The notes beneath the pieces are model-generated. The model ran no database searches and was not told the DNA's origin. It saw only the letters and a program-made list of their open reading frames with translations. A stretch of DNA of 64,000 nucleotides. Source: Bacillota bacterium. Its GTDB lineage: Bacteria; Bacillota; Clostridia; CAKSNL01; HGM11501. The stretch lies in NCBI GenBank assembly GCA_030705805.1, contig JAUZPY010000001.1, positions 8,073 to 72,072 on the forward strand. The letters are read 5' to 3'. Positions 36,777-46,788 of the stretch are shown piece by piece (within the stretch, counting starts at the first letter, position 1; each line of letters begins with the position of its first letter). Both the position numbers and the translations under genes were made by a program.

Positions 36777-37814
36777 TTATTCCATATTCATTTTCTGCTG
36801 GCCATCTTCATCCTTATTATATTTGAATCCAAAATGTTCATAAGCCAGTCTTGTTACAACCCTGCCTCTCGGAGTTCTGTTTAAAAAGCCAAGCTGCAAA
36901 AGGTAAGGTTCATATACATCCTCAATGGTATTTGAATCCTCTGAAATTGTTGCCGCAAGAGTATCAAGTCCAACAGGTCCGCCTTCAAATATATCAATTA
37001 TAGCGGTCACAATTCTCTTATCAAGAGCATCAAGACCGATTTTATCAATTTCCAGCATTTTTAAGGCCACATCTGAAATTTCTCTGCTTATATTTCCGTC
37101 CCCTTTAACCTGTGCAAAATCCCGGACTCTTTTTAAAAGCCTGTTTGCAATTCTGGGTGTGCCTCTCGAACGCGAAGCTATCTCCCTTGCTCCGTCATCC
37201 GATATTTTTATATTTAATATTTTTGCTGAACGTTTTACTATTTTTGTAAGCTCGTCCGTATTATAAAGCTCCAGCCTAAGCTGCACTCCAAACCTATCTC
37301 GCAGCGGGGACGTCAGCTGACCTGCTTTTGTAGTAGCGCCTATAAGAGTAAAACTGGGCAAATCCAGCCGGATAGAACGTGCACTTGGCCCTTTTCCTAT
37401 GATAATATCCAGCGCATAGTCCTCCATTGCAGGATATAAGACCTCTTCCACACTCCTTGACAGGCGATGTATTTCATCAATAAACAAAACATCATGCTCT
37501 GAAAGATTTGTAAGTATAGCAGCCAAATCCCCCGCTTTTTCAATTGCAGGGCCTGACGTAATTCTCATATTTACCCCAAGTTCATTGGCAATTATGCCGG
37601 CAAGAGTGGTTTTTCCAAGTCCCGGAGGGCCGTAAAGCAGAACATGGTCAAGTGACTCATTTCTCTTTCTTGCCGCTTCAATATATACAGATAAATTTTC
37701 TCTGGCCTTTTCCTGCCCAATGTATTCATTAATACTTCTCGGCCTTAACCCAACTTCTATTTCGGTATCATTTCCGGTAAGCTCGGAAGTAATAAGTCTT
37801 TCTTCTAAATCCAT
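36777..37814 (-). CDS. ruvB: Holliday junction branch migration helicase RuvB
   Basis: 345 aa with [19 protein letters not shown], Walker A ([11 protein letters not shown]) and Walker B (LFIDEIHRL). Confidence 0.95.
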   Translation of the reverse strand: MDLEERLITSELTGNDTEIEVGLRPRSINEYIGQEKARENLSVYIEAARKRNESLDHVLLYGPPGLGKTTLAGIIANELGVNMRITSGPAIEKAGDLAAILTNLSEHDVLFIDEIHRLSRSVEEVLYPAMEDYALDIIIGKGPSARSIRLDLPSFTLIGATTKAGQLTSPLRDRFGVQLRLELYNTDELTKIVKRSAKILNIKISDDGAREIASRSRGTPRIANRLLKRVRDFAQVKGDGNISREISDVALKMLEIDKIGLDALDKRIVTAIIDIFEGGPVGLDTLAATISEDSNTIEDVYEPYLLQLGFLNRTPRGRVVTRLAYEHFGFKYNKDEDGQQKMNME

Positions 37815-37823
37815 AACAACACC

Positions 37824-38414
37824 TTATTTCATAAGCGTAATCAGCGCAGCCTTTATAGTTTCTTCAAGGGTTTCCCTTATTCCGCCTTTCTTAACAGCCT
37901 TTTGGGCTTCAGCAGAGCTATATCCTAATGACATCAAAGCATTTATTGCTTCTTTTTCCTCTTCTTGAGCATACGCCGGCATTTCTTCGCTCGCTAAATC
38001 TTGAGTTAAAGCATCATTTGAAACCTTATCTTTTAGTTCAAGAATTATTCTTTGAGCAGTTTTTGCACCTATTCCCTGAGCTTTTGAAATCTTCTTTGCA
38101 TCCGAAAGCACAACAGCCGCAGAAAGCTCATAGGAAGTGAATGCGGATAAAAGGCTGGTTGCAGCCTTAGGACCAACACCGTTAACCGTAATTAATAAAT
38201 TAAACATAGTTAAATCTTCTCTGTTTAAAAAACCATACAGCTCCATCAGGTCTTCTCTCACATTAAAATATGTATTAAAAGTGATTTCTTCCGAAACATG
38301 TATTTTTTCTAAATCTCTAAGAGGCGCTTGTATCCTGAAACCAATACCGTTCACATCAACAGTGACCGAGGTTTCGTCTTTATAGGCAACCAATCCTCTA
38401 ACAAATGATATCAT
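37824..38414 (-). CDS. ruvA: Holliday junction DNA helicase subunit RuvA
   Basis: 196 aa with MISFVRGLV at the N-terminus, HhH motifs (LITVNGVGPKAATSLL) and the C-terminal domain III. Confidence 0.9.
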   Translation of the reverse strand: MISFVRGLVAYKDETSVTVDVNGIGFRIQAPLRDLEKIHVSEEITFNTYFNVREDLMELYGFLNREDLTMFNLLITVNGVGPKAATSLLSAFTSYELSAAVVLSDAKKISKAQGIGAKTAQRIILELKDKVSNDALTQDLASEEMPAYAQEEEKEAINALMSLGYSSAEAQKAVKKGGIRETLEETIKAALITLMK

Positions 38415-38923
38415 AAGTTAGCCCCTCCTGCAATATTTTCAAAAATAGAATTAAATTTATATGAATGTGCATGGCATATCGCCATAGCAAGAGCGTCCGC
38501 AACGTCATCAGGTTTCGGCACTGCGCGAAGATTTAAAAAGGATTTTACCATTTGCTGTACCTGGTTTTTATCTGCCCGTCCGTATCCCGTAATTGCTTGC
38601 TTTACCTGAAGCGGTGTGTATGAAAAAACAGGTATATGATGCTGTGATGCAGCTAAAAGTAAAACTCCTCTTGCCTGTCCGACAGCAAAAGCAGTTTTTG
38701 CATTATTATTAAAATATAGTTCTTCCATGGAAATGGCATCCGGCTTGAAAGTATCCATTAACTGCCCTATTCCTTCGTAAACTATGTGTATCCGTTCTTC
38801 AATCGGCGTATGCGCCTTTGTTGTTATAGCATCATAATAAAGAACTTTAAATTTATTAGCCTCATAATTTACTACTCCGGTGCCTATTATCGCAATCCCC
38901 GGGTCGATTCCAAGTATAACCAT
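38411..38923 (-). CDS. ruvC: Crossover junction endodeoxyribonuclease RuvC
   Basis: MVILGIDPGIAIIGTGVV is the RuvC catalytic N-terminus. The tracked ORF start (38968) adds a 15-aa extension that is unlikely to be real. Confidence 0.9.
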   Translation of the reverse strand: MVILGIDPGIAIIGTGVVNYEANKFKVLYYDAITTKAHTPIEERIHIVYEGIGQLMDTFKPDAISMEELYFNNNAKTAFAVGQARGVLLLAASQHHIPVFSYTPLQVKQAITGYGRADKNQVQQMVKSFLNLRAVPKPDDVADALAMAICHAHSYKFNSIFENIAGGANL

Positions 38924-39027
38924 AATTACCTCTTGTATTTTTATACAATATCCTGTATTTTTATGCATTTATTATGTGCAGTTTTAAAAAATTTTCATAA
39001 AGTATTAAATAAAATTAAATAAAGTAC

Positions 39028-39056
39028 TTGCTTATAAATTCCAATTTGATTATAAT
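39028..39056 (+). promoter_or_regulatory. Sigma-A-type promoter for argGH
   Basis: TTGCTT (39028-39033), a 17-nt spacer and TATAAT (39051-39056), about 30 nt upstream of the argG RBS (AAAGGGAGG). Confidence 0.55.
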
Positions 39057-39087
39057 TTATTATATCATAAAAGGGAGGAATTGCAAT

Positions 39088-40308
39088 ATGGAAAAAGAAA
39101 AAGTTGTTCTTGCATACTCGGGAGGTTTAGATACTTCTATAATTATTTCATGGCTTAAGGAAAATTATGGCTATGATGTAATTTGTGTTTGCGGAGATGT
39201 AGGACAAGGAAAAGAAACCGACGGATTGGAAGAACGTGCTTTAAGAAGCGGTGCTTCTAAAATTTATATTGAAGATTTAAGAGAAGAATATGTAAAGGAT
39301 TTCATATTCCCCACACTTAAAGCAGACGCTGTATATGAAGGCAAATATATGCTCGGCACATCTCATGCAAGACCTGTAATTGCTAAAAGACTTGTTGAAA
39401 TTGCAGAGAAAGAAGGAGCTGTTGCAATTTGTCACGGTGCAACAGGAAAAGGCAACGATCAGGTAAGATTTGAACTTACCATAAAAGCTTTGGCTCCTCA
39501 TGTAAAAATTATAGCTCCATGGAGAATTTGGGACATTAAATCGAGAGAAGACGCAATAGATTATGCAAATGCAAGAGGAATAGAGATTCCGGTTACAAAG
39601 GCTGATCTTTATTCAAGAGACAGAAATATTTGGCATATCAGCCACGAAGGTATGGACTTAGAGGATCCGGCAAATATGCCTCAGTATGATAATTTATTAA
39701 AGCTTACCGTTCCCCCTATGAAAACACCCGATGAGCCTAAATATGTTACAATAGACTTTGTTAAGGGCGAACCGGTTGCCGTAGACGGCGAAAAGCTTGC
39801 ACCAGTTGCATTGGTTGAAAAGCTCAACAAAATCGGCGGTGAGTATGGAATAGGTCTTGCTGACATAGTTGAGGACAGACTTGTAGGTATGAAGTCCAGA
39901 GGAGTTTATGAAACACCCGGCGGAACAATACTTTATGCTGCACACAGAGAACTGGAATATCTTTGCCTTGACAGACAAACTCAAAGCTTTAAATCACAGG
40001 TTGCAATAAAGTTCTCCGAGCTTGTTTACGACGGGCTCTGGTACACCCCATTAAGAGAAGCAATTTCCGCTTTTGTTGACGTAACACAGGAAACTGTAAC
40101 AGGTCAGGTTAAGCTTATGCTCTATAAAGGAAGCATTACACCTGCCGGTGCAACTTCTCCCTACTCCCTTTACAACGAATCCATTGCAAGCTTTGGCGAT
40201 AGTAAAGAACTGTATAATCATAAGGATTCAGCCGGATTTATTAATCTTTTCGGTTTGCCCTTAAAGGTTCGTGCTATGATGATGGCTCAGCATAAAGACG
40301 AAAAATAA
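39088..40308 (+). CDS. argG: Argininosuccinate synthase
   Basis: [17 protein letters not shown] gives the PP-loop. The full-length ArgG is followed 11 nt later by argH. The tracked start at 39028 is a spurious extension across the promoter. Confidence 0.95.
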   Translation: MEKEKVVLAYSGGLDTSIIISWLKENYGYDVICVCGDVGQGKETDGLEERALRSGASKIYIEDLREEYVKDFIFPTLKADAVYEGKYMLGTSHARPVIAKRLVEIAEKEGAVAICHGATGKGNDQVRFELTIKALAPHVKIIAPWRIWDIKSREDAIDYANARGIEIPVTKADLYSRDRNIWHISHEGMDLEDPANMPQYDNLLKLTVPPMKTPDEPKYVTIDFVKGEPVAVDGEKLAPVALVEKLNKIGGEYGIGLADIVEDRLVGMKSRGVYETPGGTILYAAHRELEYLCLDRQTQSFKSQVAIKFSELVYDGLWYTPLREAISAFVDVTQETVTGQVKLMLYKGSITPAGATSPYSLYNESIASFGDSKELYNHKDSAGFINLFGLPLKVRAMMMAQHKDEK

Positions 40309-40319
40309 GGAGAATTTAT

Positions 40320-41696
40320 ATGGAAAAATTGTGGGGCGGCCGCTTTAAGGCAGCAACCGACAAAGCAGTTGATGACTTTAATTCCTCTATAAGATTTGAT
40401 AAAAGAATGTATCTTCAGGATATAAGAGGCAGCATCGCCCATGCCGAAATGCTTGGAAAGCAAGGCATTATTTCAAAAGATGACAGCGCTCTTATTGTAA
40501 AAACATTAGGTGAAATACTTTGTGATATCGAAGAAGACAGGGTTGAATTTTTGATAGATGCTGAAGATATACATATGAATATCGAAAAAATTCTGATTGA
40601 CAGAATTGGCGACGTAGGCAAAAGACTCCACACAGGAAGAAGCAGAAACGATCAGGTTGCGTTAGATATCAGGATGTACCTGCGGGATGAATCGGAACAG
40701 ATAGCTATGATGCTTGATCATTTACAGACTGCTTTAGTAAGCCTTGCCGAAAATCATGTTGATACTGTCATGCCGGGCTATACGCATATGCAAAAGGCAC
40801 AGCCTATCAATTTAGCGCATCATTTGCTTGCCTACTTTGAAATGTTTAAACGTGATTATTCAAGGCTTTCGGATTGGAAAAAGAGGATGAACTATTCCCC
40901 GTTAGGTTGCGGTGCCTTAGCAGGAACGACCTATAACTTAGACAGAAATTATACTGCCTCCGAATTAGGATTTATCGGTATATGCAATAATTCACTTGAC
41001 GGTGTTTCCGACAGGGATTTTGTTATTGAGCTTGCATCTGTTCTTTCTCTTGTGATGATGCATCTTTCACGCTTTTGTGAAGAGCTTATATTATGGAGCA
41101 GTCATGAATTTTCCTTTGTTGAAATGGCTGATACTCACAGCACAGGAAGCAGCATTATGCCTCAGAAAAAAAATCCCGATGTGGCAGAACTGATACGCGG
41201 TAAAACAGGGCGTGTTTACGGTGATCTGAATACATTGCTTGTTATGATGAAGGGGTTGCCTTTAGCATATAACAAAGATATGCAGGAAGATAAAGAGGCA
41301 ATTTTTGACGCTGTAGATACCGTTAAATTGTGCCTTCCGGTGTTCGCCGATATGCTACGGACCATGACAGTAAAAAAAGATATTATGAAAAAAGGCGCGT
41401 CCGGCGGATTTACCAATGCGACAGATGCTGCTGATTATTTGGTAAAAAAGGGTATGCCTTTCAGGGATGCTCATGAGACAGTTGGCAAAATGGTAGCTTA
41501 TGCTATTGAAAAGAATTGTTCTCTAGATGAGATTCCTTTAAATGTACTTAATGAATTCAGCACTATAATATCTGATGACTTTTATCAGGCAATTAAGCTT
41601 GAAACCTGTGTGTCGGAGCGAAAAATACCAGGGGCTCCGGGAAACGTAAAAGAAGCAATTAAAGAAGCTAAGGAATACTTAGAAAAACTTATATAA
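40320..41696 (+). CDS. argH: Argininosuccinate lyase
   Basis: 458 aa with MEKLWGGRF and the fumarate-lyase signature (GSSIMPQKKNPD). Confidence 0.95.
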   Translation: MEKLWGGRFKAATDKAVDDFNSSIRFDKRMYLQDIRGSIAHAEMLGKQGIISKDDSALIVKTLGEILCDIEEDRVEFLIDAEDIHMNIEKILIDRIGDVGKRLHTGRSRNDQVALDIRMYLRDESEQIAMMLDHLQTALVSLAENHVDTVMPGYTHMQKAQPINLAHHLLAYFEMFKRDYSRLSDWKKRMNYSPLGCGALAGTTYNLDRNYTASELGFIGICNNSLDGVSDRDFVIELASVLSLVMMHLSRFCEELILWSSHEFSFVEMADTHSTGSSIMPQKKNPDVAELIRGKTGRVYGDLNTLLVMMKGLPLAYNKDMQEDKEAIFDAVDTVKLCLPVFADMLRTMTVKKDIMKKGASGGFTNATDAADYLVKKGMPFRDAHETVGKMVAYAIEKNCSLDEIPLNVLNEFSTIISDDFYQAIKLETCVSERKIPGAPGNVKEAIKEAKEYLEKLI

Positions 41697-41779
41697 ATAA
41701 CTTATCCCCCAGGATTTTCTTAAAGCGGGATAGCCCTTGTTTTCTGTCCATGCCTAAAGGCATTGGTACGGGGCAACAA

Positions 41780-41818
41780 TAAAAAACAGGTCGGCAATTT
41801 CTGCCGACCTGTTTTTAT
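41780..41818. terminator. Bidirectional intrinsic terminator shared by argH (+) and the sugar-acid operon (-)
   Basis: CAGGTCGGCA-ATTTC-TGCCGACCTG with A6 upstream and T5 downstream. Confidence 0.85.
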
Positions 41819-41826
41819 TGGGGGAA

Positions 41827-42729
41827 CTATAATGCAGTCTGAGTATCCGTAGGATCCCCATTCCTTGCATTATCATATTCAAGAGTCCAATCAAGTCCTC
41901 TATAGGACATGGCTCTGTCATCTTTTTCAATAAAGTCCATTAGAAGGTTAAGCATCTCCTCCGTCCAGGTGTTTCTGTCAATTTGTGCGGTGGTAAACTT
42001 ATTTTCAGCAATCATTTCAAAGCCAAACATGTCTTTTACCTGAGTTTTTGAAGCTCCGTCCACCACTTCCGCAACTAAATGGCTGGGAATAAACAACACG
42101 CCTCCGCCTGCTCCAAAAACAATATCGCCGGGAAGAACAATAGCGTTGCCTATTTTTGTTGCTGTATTAAACCCTTTCATAATGAAGTCTCTGATGGGGG
42201 TAGGGTCTATTCCACGATAATAAACTTGTACCCCTTCAACTTTTTTCATCTGCTCAACATCCCTGACTCCACCCCATATTACGGCACCGCCTGTTTTGGT
42301 TTTTGCTTTTACTGCTGTAGTGAGGTTTCCGCCAAGAAATGTACCTTTGTAAATTTTGTCATACATATCTGCAACTATAACGTCGCCCTCAATCAAGCTG
42401 TCAACAACCCATTGATTATAGTTGCCTTTCCTACCCTCTTCCATGCCTATATTAAACATGGTTTCATGCAAATCGGGGCGTGTAGGGCAAAATTCACAGG
42501 TAACAGCTCTTCCAATGAGTTTTCTGCCGTCATCGTGTAAAGTATGTAACCTTCCCTCAAATTGGCTTTCGTAACCTTTTACAAAAATAGGCTTCCAAAC
42601 TTCCTCTAAGGTAAGGTGTTTCAATGCTTCAAGATACTTATCCTCTACATAAGGCCTTCCGTCTTGTAACCTTTCACCCTTCCAATTTGGAGTAAGGGCA
42701 ATTATTTCTTCTTTTACGTTAAAGTTCAT
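41827..42729 (-). CDS. RraA-family protein (class II pyruvate aldolase / oxaloacetate decarboxylase-like), long form
   Basis: 300 aa. GGNLTT...GGAVIWGGVRD and IVLPGDIVFGAGGGVLFIP match the RraA/HMG-CHA aldolase fold. It is ~70-140 aa longer than typical family members and overlaps the SDR gene by 4 nt. Confidence 0.65.
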   Translation of the reverse strand: MNFNVKEEIIALTPNWKGERLQDGRPYVEDKYLEALKHLTLEEVWKPIFVKGYESQFEGRLHTLHDDGRKLIGRAVTCEFCPTRPDLHETMFNIGMEEGRKGNYNQWVVDSLIEGDVIVADMYDKIYKGTFLGGNLTTAVKAKTKTGGAVIWGGVRDVEQMKKVEGVQVYYRGIDPTPIRDFIMKGFNTATKIGNAIVLPGDIVFGAGGGVLFIPSHLVAEVVDGASKTQVKDMFGFEMIAENKFTTAQIDRNTWTEEMLNLLMDFIEKDDRAMSYRGLDWTLEYDNARNGDPTDTQTAL

Positions 42730-43451
42730 AGGTGCATTCCCCCATCTATAATAAGATCAATTCCGTTAATATAAGAGCCTTCATCTGAGCATAAAAGAAG
42801 TACCCCATGGGAACATTGCTCAGGTGAACCGGCATATCCGCAAGGTATACCTTCAAAAACCTTAGAAGCATAATTACTATCACTTAATGCGCTCTCGTTT
42901 CTGGGGGTTGCAATAACACCGGGAGACATATTATTAATTGTAATTCCAAAAGGTCCAAACTGCTTTGCTAAATTTTGAACCATGTTCATTTGTGCTGCTT
43001 TCGTCCCTGCATAGACAGCCATATCCCTGTGCGGTTTATATTGCTGAACGCTTCCGACGGTGACAATTCTTCCCCATCCTTTTGCTTTCATATAAGGCGA
43101 ATATGTTTGAATCGCTTCTAATGAGCTTTTAAAATTAACACGAATTTGGTTATCAAATTCTGCTGACGTTATTTCAGAAAAAGCTTTTCTGTACTGAACA
43201 CTGGCATTGAGAACAAGTATATCTACGTCGCCGGTCTGATTATAAAGCAATTCTATGCATCCATCACGTGATAAGTCTGAAGCAACCGGTATGGTACCAG
43301 GTATTCTGTCCGCTGCAGCTTTTGTTTTTTCCTCCCTCGTTCCATGGATAAAAACCTGCGCCCCGCAGTCTGAAAGACACTTTGCAATAGCAAAGCCTAT
43401 ACCTTGACTGGAACCTGTTACCAAGGCTTTTTTCCCTGTTAAATCAAACAT
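42726..43451 (-). CDS. SDR-family oxidoreductase (KduD/gluconate 5-dehydrogenase-like)
   Basis: 241 aa with TGSSQGIGFAIAK (Rossmann motif) and a YAGTKAA catalytic Y-x-x-x-K. Confidence 0.85.
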   Translation of the reverse strand: MFDLTGKKALVTGSSQGIGFAIAKCLSDCGAQVFIHGTREEKTKAAADRIPGTIPVASDLSRDGCIELLYNQTGDVDILVLNASVQYRKAFSEITSAEFDNQIRVNFKSSLEAIQTYSPYMKAKGWGRIVTVGSVQQYKPHRDMAVYAGTKAAQMNMVQNLAKQFGPFGITINNMSPGVIATPRNESALSDSNYASKVFEGIPCGYAGSPEQCSHGVLLLCSDEGSYINGIDLIIDGGMHL

Positions 43452-43463
43452 AGAAAACTCCTT

Positions 43464-44741
43464 TCAGACAATAATTGTATAGTTATTGTCATTTTTTTTG
43501 CTTAGTGTAATATTTTCGGTGATTACATTATTTTCAGTGATAATTTCTAGTTCATAATTCCCATTAAATCCCCTAAAATCAGTTTTACCATAAGAGTTAG
43601 TTGCTAAGTCCGCCTCAGTATGCCATTCTTCATTAAATAATTTTTTCAGGATTTTATAAGAAGGCTTTTCAGAACCGTCAAAACGAAGGAGACCGCCTCT
43701 GAATATATTTTCTCCTTGCGTCATATCGCCAATAGGGGCCCATGCAGCATATCCGTCTATCAAATTCCAGTAAATAATTGCTTCCATAGCTTCATGGCTG
43801 AACCATATTGAATATAAATTCTTTATAATTTCGGCTTGAATATCTTCGTCTTCAGGCAGACCTGTGTAGTCGGGAATTGTTATTTCTGTTATCTGAAGTG
43901 GAAGCTTAAAACGACCGTATAAGTCCATAACATCATATAAAAGCTTTGGATTATAAAACTTTGCAGATTCAGAAGGCTCTGCCGCCCTAGAATTAAACAT
44001 ATGATACTGCATTCCTATAGAGTCAATTTCAGCGCCCAGAGCAAGTGCCCTCTGAATCTGCATGAAATATGGGCTTCTATTAAATATATAACTGCCAAAA
44101 GTACGGGGCATGTCTTCATTTATAATTAACTTATTCTTAGGAAAGTACTTTCTCGCCAAATTAAAGCTCCACTCTAAAATATCATCGGAAGCAAAGAGTG
44201 CAACGTCTTTATTTAAGCTAACCACTCCGAGCAGCTCATTAGTAACTTCCCAACCGGGTATTAAATCTGCATAACCTTCAGCTAACGCTTTAAACCTTAT
44301 TTCAAGCTCTCTTTTTTGGCTTTCAACAGTATTTTCGACCCAGGCAGGAGTAAAAGGTATATAGTTCAGGCAATGTGCCTTTGGCTCAATATTATTTTCC
44401 CTGCAATACTCCAAGCAAAGGTCCAAAGGAGGCCTTCTGTAATTCTTAATACTGTCCTTTGCAAATCTTGGTTTGCCTTTTTCAGGCTCAAAATCCTTCC
44501 AATAAATCGGAATTGTTGCAATGTTAAAAAGCTCTGCAAATTTTTCTTTGTATAATTTATTCTTTTCATCAGATTCCATTTCATCAAGCATAAAAAGGTT
44601 TGCGCCAAACTTAAATTCATGATTTTTCTGAATTGCTCTAATTTTTGCACCGCTTACAGGATTACCGGATTTGTCTTTTATGGTTATGTAACAGTCAGAT
44701 TTTCTATTATTTTCAATGCCGGTCTTTATTCTGTTATCCAT
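43464..44741 (-). CDS. Intracellular glycoside hydrolase, clan GH-A, GH10-like (xylanase fold)
   Basis: 425 aa with no signal peptide. YWKDFEPEKGKPRF resembles the GH10 MKW..EP..G.F.F motif. GWEVTNE supplies a candidate acid/base Glu and ITEITIPD a candidate nucleophile Glu, as in WDVVNE/ITELD. Confidence 0.55.
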   Translation of the reverse strand: MDNRIKTGIENNRKSDCYITIKDKSGNPVSGAKIRAIQKNHEFKFGANLFMLDEMESDEKNKLYKEKFAELFNIATIPIYWKDFEPEKGKPRFAKDSIKNYRRPPLDLCLEYCRENNIEPKAHCLNYIPFTPAWVENTVESQKRELEIRFKALAEGYADLIPGWEVTNELLGVVSLNKDVALFASDDILEWSFNLARKYFPKNKLIINEDMPRTFGSYIFNRSPYFMQIQRALALGAEIDSIGMQYHMFNSRAAEPSESAKFYNPKLLYDVMDLYGRFKLPLQITEITIPDYTGLPEDEDIQAEIIKNLYSIWFSHEAMEAIIYWNLIDGYAAWAPIGDMTQGENIFRGGLLRFDGSEKPSYKILKKLFNEEWHTEADLATNSYGKTDFRGFNGNYELEIITENNVITENITLSKKNDNNYTIIV

Positions 44742-44798
44742 AAACTCTTTATTTGATTCAAAAGGCTTGAAAACATACTCTCTTCTTTCCGTGCTTAA

Positions 44799-46178
44799 TC
44801 AGCTCCATTCCCTATCATTTGCCCACTCATTATCCCAAGCAGTTGTAGGAAGCCATTGACCCGGATATTTATCGTGTATATGCTGAGAAATTAATTCTTC
44901 ATTTAGCTCATCTATTCCAAGTCCCGGCTTATCCGGTACCTTTGCAAAACCGTTAACTACTAAAGGATTATCAATTCCAACAGCCAAGTCATTCCACCAC
45001 GGAACATCTGTAGAATGAAATTCTACGGCAAGAACATTTTGTGCAGCAGCGGCACAATGAATAGCTGCCATACAGCCAACAGGACTTTCAGCCATATGTA
45101 TTGCCATTGCGACTCCATATTTATCGCACATGTTAGAAAGCTTTTTAAGCTCTAAAGCTCCGCCAATGGTAAGCACGTCGGGATGCACAACTCCAACGCC
45201 CCCGCTTGATAATAAAGGCTCAAAATTTTCCGCAAGGTATATATCTTCACCTGTGCATAAAGGTATGTTACAATTGTTAGCCATTTTTACAAAATGACTT
45301 GTATAATGCCAAGGAGCTATATCTTCAATCCATGCAATATTGTATTTTTCAATACGCTTTGCAAACATAATGCAGTCTTCTATTGATACGTGACCAAAGT
45401 GATCAATTGCGAGCGGAATCTCGTAACCGATTACGCTTCTGACTTCTCTAATGTAGTTTTCAAGATAATCAAGGCCTTTTTGCGTTATATGTATGCCTGT
45501 TGCATGATGAGGTATTGTGAAGGTTTCATAGTTCTTTCCCATCATCATATCCATATCAATAGATCCCTTTTGATGATTAATTGCCTTCATAGAATATTTT
45601 TTTATATCATCAAGAAAACCGAGCGGTGCATTCAAGCAGCCGGGCTCGTCTAGCATAAGTTCTATTCCTAAATCCATTTTAGCAAATGTATACCCGTTGT
45701 CAATACGTTTTTTTATTGCTTTGCCCATATCAATGCCTGTATGCTTACCGTCAACATCGGTATCGGCATACATTCTTATTTTATCTCTGAACTTGCCACC
45801 AAGCATCTGCCAAAGAGGTACACCCCAAGCTTTTCCGGCCAAATCCCAAAGAGCAATTTCGATACCGGATACTCCGCCGCCCTGCCTGGAATGCCCGCCA
45901 AACTGCTTTATTCTTCTGAAAAGTTTATCTACATTACAAGGATTTTCGCCAACAATACGGGATTTCAGCATCAAAGCGTAAGTTGCACTTGACGCATCTC
46001 TTACTTCTCCGTATCCTACGATGCCTTGATTCGTATAAATCTTTATTAACGGGCAATGTTTTGGAGCACCGTTTATGTTTGTAACCCTAATATCAGTAAT
46101 TTTTAGTTCTGACGGATTTGAACAAATATTAATATTTTCCGACAGCTTATCTTTTAAAGTGTTTTCCAATTCCAGCAC
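44799..46178 (-). CDS. Enolase-superfamily dehydratase (mandelate racemase/muconate lactonizing family; D-mannonate/D-galactonate dehydratase-like)
   Basis: 459 aa. The N-terminal capping domain LKITDIRVTNINGAPKHCPLIKIYTNQGIVGYGEVRD, the barrel domain with metal ligands (…AIDHFGH…, …IEDIAPW…) and the length all fit ManD/GalD-like members. Confidence 0.75.
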   Translation of the reverse strand: MLELENTLKDKLSENINICSNPSELKITDIRVTNINGAPKHCPLIKIYTNQGIVGYGEVRDASSATYALMLKSRIVGENPCNVDKLFRRIKQFGGHSRQGGGVSGIEIALWDLAGKAWGVPLWQMLGGKFRDKIRMYADTDVDGKHTGIDMGKAIKKRIDNGYTFAKMDLGIELMLDEPGCLNAPLGFLDDIKKYSMKAINHQKGSIDMDMMMGKNYETFTIPHHATGIHITQKGLDYLENYIREVRSVIGYEIPLAIDHFGHVSIEDCIMFAKRIEKYNIAWIEDIAPWHYTSHFVKMANNCNIPLCTGEDIYLAENFEPLLSSGGVGVVHPDVLTIGGALELKKLSNMCDKYGVAMAIHMAESPVGCMAAIHCAAAAQNVLAVEFHSTDVPWWNDLAVGIDNPLVVNGFAKVPDKPGLGIDELNEELISQHIHDKYPGQWLPTTAWDNEWANDREWS

Positions 46179-46395
46179 CTCCTAAATTATTTCTTATGCT
46201 TTTATTATAATTTATAATTACTCTTAATTCATCCACTATATTCAGTTTTTTCTCCACTATATTTGGATATAATATTAACATTACATTAAAATTAAAGGCC
46301 ACTCTTTTTCTATAAAACATTTGTTCATCTAAGTTTTTTGTAATTTTCCCAAAAAACCAAGATTATATAAATTGGTTGATTCTTTTTTCGGTGGT

Positions 46396-46428
46396 ACGCA
46401 AAAAAAATAAAGGGGCAACCCCCCTTAT
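46396..46428 (-). terminator. Intrinsic terminator at the 3' end of the SpoVAC/SpoVAEB-family gene
   Basis: On the minus strand, AAGGGGGG-TTG-CCCCTT followed by TATTTTTTTT. The hairpin overlaps the stop codon. Confidence 0.65.
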
Positions 46429-46787
46429 TTTATTTTGGGTTTTGTGAGCACGGCAGTTATCAAACCGGCGATAATAGCAGCAGAAATACCTGCTGCACCG
46501 GCAGTAAAGCCACCCGTAAGAACTCCTAAAAGGCCGAATTCTCCAATTGCCTTTTTGACGCCCTTAAACATAGTATAACCAAAGCCTGAAAGCGGAACTG
46601 TTGCTCCGGCACCGGCAAACTTTACAAGCGGCTCGTATGCACCGATAAGTCCTAAAACTACGCCAACACAAACAAGAGTTACAAGAATTCTTGCAGGAGT
46701 AGCCTTAGTCTTATCGATAAATACCTGACAAATTGCACATATTAATCCACCCACTAAAAAAGCTTTTAAAATCATCATTATATCCAT
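46425..46787 (-). CDS. SpoVAC/SpoVAEB-family sporulation membrane protein
   Basis: The 120-aa sequence FLVGGLICAICQVFID...YEPLVKFAGAGATVPLSGFG...GLLGVLTGGF..AGISAAI matches B. subtilis SpoVAEB/SpoVAC almost block for block. Confidence 0.8.
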   Translation of the reverse strand: MDIMMILKAFLVGGLICAICQVFIDKTKATPARILVTLVCVGVVLGLIGAYEPLVKFAGAGATVPLSGFGYTMFKGVKKAIGEFGLLGVLTGGFTAGAAGISAAIIAGLITAVLTKPKIK

Positions 46788-46788
46788 A

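Noticed and set aside
38969-39087. T-box or ArgR operator upstream of argG
   Set aside because: The region is too short for a T-box leader. Only weak A/T-rich half-palindromes appear, with no convincing ARG-box pair.
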